DNA of 64,000 nt from Eledone cirrhosa. Its lineage: Eukaryota. The stretch covers positions 51,150,001-51,214,000 of the forward strand of contig OZ024740.1 of NCBI GenBank assembly GCA_964016885.1, given 5' to 3'. The notes under the pieces were generated by a model. The model worked only from the letters and a program-made list of their open reading frames with translations, was not told where the DNA came from and ran no database searches. A program made the translations under genes and the position numbers. Positions 54,673-64,000 of the stretch are shown in pieces. Each line of letters begins with the position of its first letter. The first letter of the stretch is position 1.

Positions 54673-55213
54673 GGGTCGTACCATCTGAATAGTAGAATGA
54701 GTATGATTAAAATTATTAAGATACACTATTGTCACACTCGCTTTCCTACCAGAAATTATGTTATCATACACTGTCCAATTGTTTTTTTTTTCTTTATGTA
54801 GTGACAGTATTTCAATTTTACACATCAAAATATTTAAAAAACCAGACATATAATATTAATAGTATTACTATTATGTAATGTAGCACCCTGTCTTTGTATT
54901 TGTTTGGTCTACATTTTGGTGTTGGGATGGGATAAATAATAGGAATTCATTTATTCCCAGGTTTTCTTCTAATTACAGTTAAATTTCATAGCCTTAAGTC
55001 TTAGTGGTTTTATTTATTTCAAAATATGATGAATACATTTTAAGTAAAAAGTGTCAATTGCCACAGGTAACTATGGTTATGCATGGGAATACAACCAAAC
55101 CAGGAATTATGACTTATCTTTAAAAGTTTATTTCAAAGTATTAAGAAAAGCTGAATTCAGTTAACCAAACAAAATAAAAAAAATTTAGATAATAGCATTA
55201 AATTTTGCATAAA

Positions 55214-56369
55214 AGATGGTCATGCCGTCTGGCCGTTTGCTGTCCCCTCAGTCCAGCCCCACCAGCTCCAACTGGGATGGGAAGCCTGCAGCATCCAAGC
55301 CATGCTTTATGACCTCGTTGAGGGCAGCCGGCACTGTAGCAACAGGAAAGTGGGTCGAGGCTGAAAGAGTCCACGGTGGACGTCTACTGGGTTATGTCCG
55401 AGCTAGTCCCACGTCTCGCAGGTGGCCTCACGTTCCTCGATCATAGAGGCTCCCATTGTGTTTAGGAGAACCCTGCTGACGAGGACGCATAATGAAGTTA
55501 CCGACCAAGGCCACCATATCTAACAGGTAAAGTGACCATGGAATGTCGTCAAACCTGATGTTGCATATCTCCTCAGCTGCCGCTCGGATACAAGTGTCGA
55601 GGTCAGCGAGGAGAGATGCGTGGCTGTAGCATGGAGCACTGTGAAGGATATAGAGGAGCTTCAGCATGGTGAGTTCTGGGTGGTTGTCAATCATGCCCAG
55701 TCAGCTCATGAGCGTCTTGAGTTACTGGAGCCTGGACCTGATGGTGGAGCGGATGACCGGCGGGTGGATAGGTGACCCGAGGATGAGGACATCCTCTTTG
55801 GGGGGTCACCTGTACCTGGTGGAGAATGGGTCACACGTCCAAGACGGAGGCTGCAAAGCTCTCAGCATCATGGTTGACATTCATCACCTGCGACTTGGAT
55901 GAGTTGACCTGGAGGCGGATTCCCGCCTGAGCAGGAACCGCCAATTGTAGGTCGTGGCAGACAGTCTCTACAGGCCTGCCCAACGTAGCATCATCCAGGT
56001 ACCAAACGTTGAGAGGGGCCATGATACACCGGGCAATGTGGTCTATGCCAAGAGCAAACAGGAGGGGGACCCAAAGGGTCGCCTTGTTGGACCCCAGTGG
56101 CTGAAGGTATGACCATATCAGCAGCAAGGAGCATGGTCAGGGCTCTATATGACAGGTAGACCAGCAGGTAGGCAGATGGGGTTTTGCTGAGACAGGCATA
56201 GAGCAGATGGTCATGGCATGTGCAGTTGAAGGCATTCCTCATGTCAAGCTTGACAATGAGGCGCCTGGAGTCCTTGGATGCTGGTTCTGGTGGGTAGCTA
56301 TTGAAGAACTGCTTGGTTACATGTGCGGGCCCCTCATAGCCACTGGACAGAGCTGCTCCCCCAGTTCCG

Positions 56370-56373
<4 letters not shown>
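55214..56373 (-). mobile_element. Decayed CRE-like non-LTR retrotransposon (RT plus restriction-like endonuclease)
   Basis: Motifs KLDMRNAFN, GVQQGDPLGP, LLFAL, VWYLDD and KLLYILHSAPC. C-terminal AALNEVIK...KRPDGMTI is an RLE PD motif. 5' end abuts a (TA)n tract. Confidence 0.75.
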
Positions 56374-56430
<57 letters not shown>

Positions 56431-57252
56431 TATATTGAAGAACTCAATGTAATCCATATGTTGAAAATGTTGTAGGTTAAAATAAATCCTGGAAAACAAT
56501 AAACATTAAAAGGAAAACAGAGTTAAAACAATGAAATAAAAAATCAAGTCATTAGAAATATACTTCACTGCTTTATGATCGTTTCTAGATGATGATAATA
56601 CATTGTAACTATACTTCGATATCGATCTATGTAAGGTTAGTTACAAAATATAAGATAAAGAGAATATTTACTTACATGCATATCACCAGCTGTTGTCAAA
56701 AGCAATAATAATTTTATTCAAAATTAGCAGTAAATTAGTATTATGTTTAGTTCTATGACCTTGTTTGGAGGTAGTTGAAGAACTAACCAATCAGATTGTT
56801 TTTTTCCATATGATGTTAAGATGAAAAATAATTCACTTTAGTTGAGGTCATGACCCTTTGAAAGGAATGGTTGAATGGTGTTAATAACAGAATTGCCATA
56901 AAAAATCTATTAGGAAGAAAGGGATTGTCAAATTGATAGTTGAATGTATATGGTATAGTGAAGTTTAAAAGGAATGTAAAAATTAAATGTTGAGTTGTGT
57001 TGTATGGAGTTTTTAGGCGAATATAAATTAAGGTCATGGCTTGGAAAGATAGTATATTAAAAGATGAAAATTATAATAAGATAATGAAATATAGTAATTC
57101 AATAATATAATATAATGTAACACAATATAGTACGGTGTGGTATCGATATCGAAGTATAGTTACGATGTATTATCATCACCTAGAAACGATTGTAAAGCAG
57201 TGAAGTATATTTCTGATGACTTGATTTTTTATTTCATTGTGTTAACTTATCC

Positions 57253-57599
57253 TCATCATCATTTCATCATTTCATTTTACGTCCGCTGTTTCCCTGCTTG
57301 CAAGGGTGCGACAGGAACTGATTCTGGCTTGATTTTTACAGCTGGATGCCCTTCCTAACACCAACCTCATTTACAGTGAGTGGTGGGTGCTTTTTTGTCG
57401 TGGCACCTACACGTCCACTTTGCAGTGGAATGATAGGAACCCCAGTCCCTACCATCTCATTTCTACAGCTGAGTAAACTGGAGCATTGTGAAAATAAAGT
57501 GTCTTGCTCAAGGAAACAACACATTGCCCGGTTTGAGAATTGAACTCACAACCTTTCGATTGCAAGGCCAATGCTCTAACCACTAAGCCATGTGCCTCC
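57253..57599 (-). mobile_element. tRNA-derived SINE, family A
   Basis: Reverse-complement match to 1181-1525. Confidence 0.88.
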
Positions 57600-57822
57600 A
57601 TATATATATGTGTGTTTAATGGTAGCTATGGTGCTTCCATAGGCAGTATGCCAGTTGAGCACTCTATGTTCTTACAGAGCAGAGTGTGATGCATACAGAG
57701 CAGAGTGTGATGCATCCAGACTCAGTTTATTGAGTGTTATAATTGTTTCGCCGGCAGATAGCTCGAGACATGATCATTGTATGGATCTGCCTGATTCTAA
57801 AATTTGCTCCGAAAGCATTGCA

Positions 57823-57912
57823 TGTGTCCGAAGAACCCGCAGTTATAGAATCAGGCAGATCCATACAATGATCATGTCTCGAGCTATCTGCCGGCGAAAC
57901 AATTGTAACACG
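57823..57912 (+). ncRNA. Type I hammerhead-like motif with CCGAAGA core and minimal palindromic stem III
   Basis: TGTGT CCGAAGA a CC..GGCAGAT..ATCTGCC GG c GAAAC-aatt-GTA ACACG, followed by AATAAA. Confidence 0.7.
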
Positions 57913-58090
57913 CAATAAACTGAGTCTGGATACATCACTGATTTTTCGTTTTTTTATATTACAAATATACATATATATATATATATACATTCCTTGTTCG
58001 ATACTTATACCAAAAGCTTATGATTTTTTATAAGCAAACAGTATTATTGATTTAGGTGTCGCTGAAACCCTATATCGGATTTTACCATCA

Positions 58091-58538
58091 GTTGGAGAGG
58101 TGTAAGCGTGTGAGGTCGGAATTTATCAAGTGGTCCCAGGTTTTTCTAGGTCTGCCTACTCCATGGCTACCGTCTATTTTTATCACCCTGCACTTTTTTA
58201 TACAGCTGTCGTCTTTCATGCGCATCATGTGACCATACCAACGTAGTCTTCTCTCGAGTAAACAACATCTGATTCCTCTTATTCCTAATTTCTCCCTTAG
58301 TTCATTTATGCTTTGCTGTTCACGTATATTACTATTACACATCCAACAGAGCATGCAAGCTTCGTTCCTCTCCAGTCTGCGTATATCCTCTGCACACAAT
58401 GCCCAAGTCTCACTGCCATGTAACATTGCTGTTCGTATGGAGGCATCATACAGCCTGCCTTTCATTTTTAGAGAGAACCCTTTAGCGGCCAATAGTGGTA
58501 TAAGCTCTCTGAACTTTTCCCATCCCGTTCTGACTCTA
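58091..58538 (-). mobile_element. RTE LINE C-terminal fragment
   Basis: KGRLYDASIRTAMLHGSETW...GRPRKTWD. 5' break at (TA)n. Confidence 0.88.
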
Positions 58539-58564
58539 TATATATAAATGTATATGTGTATATA

Positions 58565-58607
<43 letters not shown>

Positions 58608-58669
58608 ATATATATATGTATGTGTGTATATATATATATGTGTGTATATATATATGTATATATACATTA

Positions 58670-59798
58670 TTATTAGTTATAGCGCAACTAATCAGAGAGC
58701 GAATTGATCTAGATGAAATGCAGTTTGGGTTTGTGTCAGGTAAAAGTACCACCGACGCTCTTTTCCTTGTACAAAAACTACAAGAGAAGTACCTACCTAA
58801 AAGTAAACCTCTCTACTTAGCTTTTGTAGACCTGGAGAAAACTTTTGACAGAGTCCCCCGCTCCATTATCTGATGGGCTCTTAGAAAACTAGGTGTAGAT
58901 GAATGGCTTGTGAGAGCTATACAAGCTATGTATAAAGAAACAGTCAGTAAGGTTAGAATTAACAATGAATATTGTGAAGAGTTTAGTGTAAAAGTTGGCG
59001 TTCATCAAGGCTCTGTCCTTAGCCCCCTCCTATTTATTATTGCCCTTCAGGCTATAACAGAGGCGTTAAAGACCAGCTGCCCATGGGAACTCCTATACGC
59101 AGATGATCATAGCTGAATCAATGGCTGAACTAGAGAAGAAATTCGAAACATGGAAGCATGGCCTAGAATCAAAAGGCCTTAAAGTTAACTTGTCTAAGAC
59201 TAAAGTTATAGTTTGTAGAAAGGAAAATAGGGCACAGGTGCCCTCAGGGAAATGGCCATGCTCAGTATGTAGGAAAGGAGTAGGCAGAAATTCCATTTTA
59301 TGTCCCAAATGCAAAGTATGGGTACATAAAAGATGTAGTGGGATCACAGGTAAGCTATCCAAGAACGTAGACTTTATATGTGGCCAATGGTCAGGTGCAA
59401 TAAGTAACAAGTGTCCAAAGGATACTAGCTCCTTCTATTGCCCAGATGGTTCTATAGAAATAGTAGACACTTTCCGTTACCTGGGTGACGAAATCAGCAG
59501 TGGTGGAGGGTGTTCTGAAAGTACAGTAGCTAGAGTCAGAACGGGATGGAAAAAGTTCAGAGACCTTATACCGCTGTTGGCCACAAAAGGTTTCTATCTA
59601 AAAATGAAAGGCAGATTGTATGATGCCTGTATACAAACAGCAATGCTACATGGCAGTGAGACATGGGCATTACGTGCAGAGGACCTGCGTAGACTGGAAA
59701 GGAACGAAGCATACATGCTCCGTTGGATGTGTAATAGTAATATACGTGAACGGCAAAGCATAAATGAACTAAGTGAGAAATTAGGAATAAGAGGTGTG
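58670..59798 (+). mobile_element. RTE LINE RT fragment with a Cys-rich insert
   Basis: Motifs QFGF...FVDLEKTFDRVPR, GVHQGSVLSPLLF, LLYADD, then CSVC..C..C..H..C..C and HGSETW. Confidence 0.9.
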
Positions 59799-60073
59799 TA
59801 ATAATATTGATATGTATATATACATATACATATAAATATATACATAGATATATGTATATAAACATACATATACACACACATATATATATATATATGGTCA
59901 CAGCCATCATTGGCTGTGACCTCTTCAGGCAGTTCGAATTGGTGTGGTAGAAACAGGTACACATGTTGCTAAAGTGTTTTACTCCGTCACTACTCCGATA
60001 TGTCCAGCTCCTGGTTGGGTTGTTATTTCTCTGAGGAACTGGAATCACAAACAACCAACATATACTCAAAATG

Positions 60074-60131
<58 letters not shown>

Positions 60132-60363
60132 AATAAAGATTCAACGAGATTCGCATTTCGGCGGGCAGGAAAAGCGAAGCAAAACGCAAAAATCAGAAAT
60201 GATACTGGCAAAGTGCTCAATAGTTAAAAACAAGAGCTAAACAATGTGTTATGAAGCCATACAAAACTGAAAAGGTGGTCAAGAAGGTATTAACCACCCA
60301 AGCCAAAAACTAAATCAAGCTAAACAGGTCAAAACAAAATAAATGATAAAAAATAAATGATAA

Positions 60364-60404
<41 letters not shown>

Positions 60405-60443
60405 GGAGAAAAGAGAAAAGAAAGAAGGAAGAGATAGAAAGAT

Positions 60444-60528
<85 letters not shown>

Positions 60529-61036
60529 AGAGAGGAAAAAAGAGTAAAGAAAGAAGGGAGAAAGAGAAAGAGAGAGAGACTTTTGATCAGGAACGCTGTC
60601 AAAATGAAAACAGCTGTAGATAATGGTTAAAAAGTAAATTGATGAGGTGTATGTGCGAATATTATAGATGGTATTCAAATATTAAAGGTCTAAAATATAG
60701 AAACTGGGTGTATTATTTTATATTGGGTTTGTTTACAAAATCTACGAAGGTTTGAACGAAAATTTAAGGCTATCGAAAAAGGGTCAAAGGCTTAAAATAT
60801 GCTGAGAAAACTAAATGCCTTGTAGAATATAATGAAATATGTGTAAAAAAAATATAAAAAATATATATATATATATGTAAAAAAAGAAAAAAATGTGTAA
60901 AAAATTAACAGTTATTCGTGGAAAAAGTTATAGGACATTAGCTATATACTTTGTGAAAGGTCTTGAACAGATTTATTTGGTTTTTGTAATCATAAATCCT
61001 TCTTCTATTTATTATAGAGTTGAAATTCGAGATAAT

Positions 61037-61103
61037 TGTAAATTTTTCAACTTCTCAGTTTCAGCTTGTTCACTTAAGCTTTCTCAATGCATAAGAATTC
61101 ACA
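61037..61103 (-). ncRNA. Hammerhead-like motif with U3-A8 covariant core (UUGAGAA)
   Basis: TGTGAATTCTT-atgca TTGAGAA AGCTT-aagtgaac-AAGCT GAAACT-gaga-AGTT g AAAAATTTACA. Confidence 0.5.
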
Positions 61104-61299
61104 GAACTTTGGCCAGTTTGTAGGTACATCATGTGTCACATTCTGGGGAGATGTGTGCTATGAGGTTACCTAAGCTGAAGCATGTAACCTATTTCCACAC
61201 ATTTCCCCAGAATGACACCTAATCTACATATTAACTGATCAAACTATTGTGAATTTGAGTGACGAAGCTGAAACTGCAGGGCTTGCAGTCAATATATAT

Positions 61300-61560
61300 A
61301 TATATATAATTTGATAAAAAAAAAAAGAGCAAAATTAAAATTAGTTATTTCATTTAAGATTAAAAGATATACGTATGGATATATATAATTTGATAATAGT
61401 AATTTCATTAAAAAAAAGAGCAAAATTAAAGTTAGTTATTTCATTTAAGATTAAAAGATATATATATATGTATATATATAATTTGATAATAGTAATTTCA
61501 TTAAAAATAGAGCAAAATTAAAGTTAGTTATTTCATTTAAGATTAAAAGATATATATATG
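61300..61560. repeat. Three tandem copies of an ~80-90-bp AT-rich unit joined by (TA)n
   Basis: ATAATTTGATAA...AGAGCAAAATTAAA(A/G)TTAGTTATTTCATTTAAGATTAAAAGATA occurs three times. Confidence 0.85.
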
Positions 61561-63339
61561 TATATATATTGATATTGTTTCATTTATATTTCAATTGGCA
61601 AAGCAAAGTCTAAAGCATCAATAACCACAGAAGTAGGTAATAGATCTGATTTCTATTTTCATGTGTTTTGGGGTTTGTAAATCCAATTGCTTCATACATT
61701 ATTTCCATAATTTCTGCTTAAACAGAACACCATAAGAATGGGGTTTTTTTTCATATACATATTTCTTTTTGAAACAGAAATTCGCAAACAAGTAATGCAA
61801 GATGTAATGCTATCAAACTTGTGGAAGGCTAACAACTTTCTTTAAAAGTTATATTCCATGTTTGAGAAAAATGTACAGTAACAATGAATACACCAAAATT
61901 TCATACTGCACACTTTTCTATATATTTTTAATTCTGTTTAGTTAAGCTATCATTGTTACAAAATATTCTGATAAAAAAGGCAAATATTTTATTGAGTGTA
62001 TAACCTTTTTTGTAGTTTGATTAAACTGTTATGACAGCAATGGAATAATAAAAACATTCTTGTATATTCTCAAACCTCTTGTTTGGATGATTTGAGGAAT
62101 AATAGAAAGATATAATAATGATAATAAAGATTTCTACTGTAGGCACAAGGCCAGCAATTTGGGGGGGGAGAAGAAAGTCGATTAAATCGACCTCAGTGCA
62201 TTACTAGTACTTTATTCAACCCTGTAAGGATGAAGGGCTGTAACTCTATGCTGCAAACCATGTTGTCCAATGCTCTACCGATACTGCTTATCCACTGCCC
62301 ATAATAATAATAATAATAATCATAAATCCATTTTTCCACGTTGGCATAAATTAGTGGTGTTATTTGAAACCAAGTCAATACTTAATCAGAAATACTGTTC
62401 ACTTAGAAGGGGTGGAGGATCAGATCTTGTTCAATATATTCTAATTTGGCATGGTTTCTACAGTTGGATGGATTTCCTAATATCAACCATTTTACAGAGG
62501 GTACTGGATGTAATTTATCATGGCCTGAGAGATTGTCTAAAAATTCCTCTCAACTCTATGCTGTCTATCTCCAAATACCAATTCATTTATGGGGAGTGCC
62601 AAGTGTTTTATATCATAGCACTAGCCCTGGCCAAGAGCTACATAAGTTCTAACAAACATAGGATGTTACTTGCAATCAGAAATCTAAACATGAATTTGAC
62701 ATTTGGCCAAATATTTGAAGATGAAGTTGATCAAATTGAGAAACTGTAGCTACCAAACACCTCCTCAACTATTTCTAACCGGACTGGCAACTTGGATGGT
62801 TTTTATTTATCGAAACCATTTAATGGTTTAATTTGAAATGGTTGCTTTTGACAGGATCTGCTGGAAGGGGTGTTTGAGGACACTGCCTCCCAAGATCCTC
62901 TCAAGAATATGTGGGTGAAGAAGAAGACTGGCAACTTAATAGGTAAGACATACTCTTCCTTAATCCCTCTTAAATTCATCATACTGATAATTTCACTCGA
63001 CATAATGAAATGATGATGAAATGATAATCTGGTTAAGTTGATTTGGCAACCACAGTTTTTCTTATCAACCAACAGAACACTGATTTAATGACCGAATCTT
63101 ATTTAGAAATATATATTTTAATTCTAAAGTTTGGGATTAATTGCTCTTGATAAAATATACTTCAGTGGTTATCTCTGCCAAGAACTTTTTTTTATATCTT
63201 TTGCAAATAAAATCTGAATATAAAAAAAGAAAGAAAAAAAAAATCAAAATCAACAAATCCTACATGAAATAACAAAAACAAAGTTATATTCTTAATTCAG
63301 AAATCTGAATTGACATTTTATATGCTCAAAAGATTTTGG

Positions 63340-64000
63340 AACCCACGAACATGCAGTTACCAATGTGGTGGTGCACCGTCTTGCTGGAAAATGATGGTTG
63401 GTTGAAGGTCATCTAGTTGTGGTGCCTCATATTCAGTCAAAAGGTCAAGGTAAACATTTGCAGCAATTGGACCAATGATTCGATTGCACACGATCCCACA
63501 CCACACATTCACCTTTGGACTATCTCGGTGAAGTTCCCTGGTCACATGGGGGTGTTCTGATCCCCAGATTCTCACATTATGTGTGTTCAGTTTCCCTTAA
63601 ACATGAAAGGTTGCCTCATCACTAAAACAAACTCAGTCCATTTGTCTTCAACGAGACATCAATTACTGCAAGATGGTGCACCACCACATCGGGGACTGCA
63701 TGTTCATGAGTTCCTAAGTCAAACATTTCCAGACCGGTGGTTTGGAAGGGATGGCCCAGTTCCCTGGCCACCTCATTCACCAGATATCACACTTCTTTCA
63801 ATGGGGTTATGTAAAAGATATTGTGTATCGAACAAAGATACGAGACATTACTGATCTAAAGCAAAAGATCATTGATGCTATTGCCACCACTGATGAGGCT
63901 ATGCTACAGCGAACATGGCAAGAAATCGAGTACTTTCTTGATGTTGCATGAAGCACATCAAGACGGTACTCGATTTCTTGCCATGTTCGCTGTAGTATAG
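63340..64000. mobile_element. Rearranged Tc1/mariner (DD41D/rosa-like) transposase remnant with inversions
   Basis: Minus piece KVNVWCGI...FQQDGAPPHW. Plus piece LQDGAPPH...WPPHSPDIT...WGYVKDIVY. Terminal fold-back at 63898-64000. Subfamily is inferred from spacing because the third D is deleted. Confidence 0.8.

Noticed and set aside
61228-61245. CTGATCA as the core for the 61270-61290 stem III
   Set aside because: C3.C8 cannot pair. Alignment to the 61037-61103 copy suggests the true core was deleted.

Overview
AT-rich, repeat-dense animal genomic DNA. The SINE, RTE and (TA)n landscape suggests an octopus or other cephalopod; this is an inference. The only host coding sequence I can support is the first coding exon of a PDZ(-LIM)/Zasp-type gene on the minus strand (39331-39450). 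I found no exon 2, so positions 1-39330 are probably all first intron. The rest is transposable elements: tRNA-derived SINEs that share their 3' tail with RTE LINE fragments, a DD37D (maT) transposon, hAT- and piggyBac-type MITEs, a young GC-rich LTR retrotransposon nested in older relatives, decayed Vingi-like and CRE-like LINEs, a folded-back Tc1/mariner remnant and an 85-bp minisatellite. The LTR element carries an in-phase -1 frameshift heptamer and a pseudoknot. The most interesting signal is about a dozen type I hammerhead-ribozyme-like folds read by eye. Most lie in short non-coding islands beside (TA)n tracts, and several carry an inverted copy of themselves. They repeat non-canonical features: CCGANGA and UUGANAA cores, U.U or A.C at positions 10.1/11.1, long stem II inserts and palindromic minimal stem III. 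This looks like a diverse set of microsatellite-associated, non-autonomous Penelope-pLTR/retrozyme-like elements. All folds were paired by hand, none was computed, and cleavage activity is untested.
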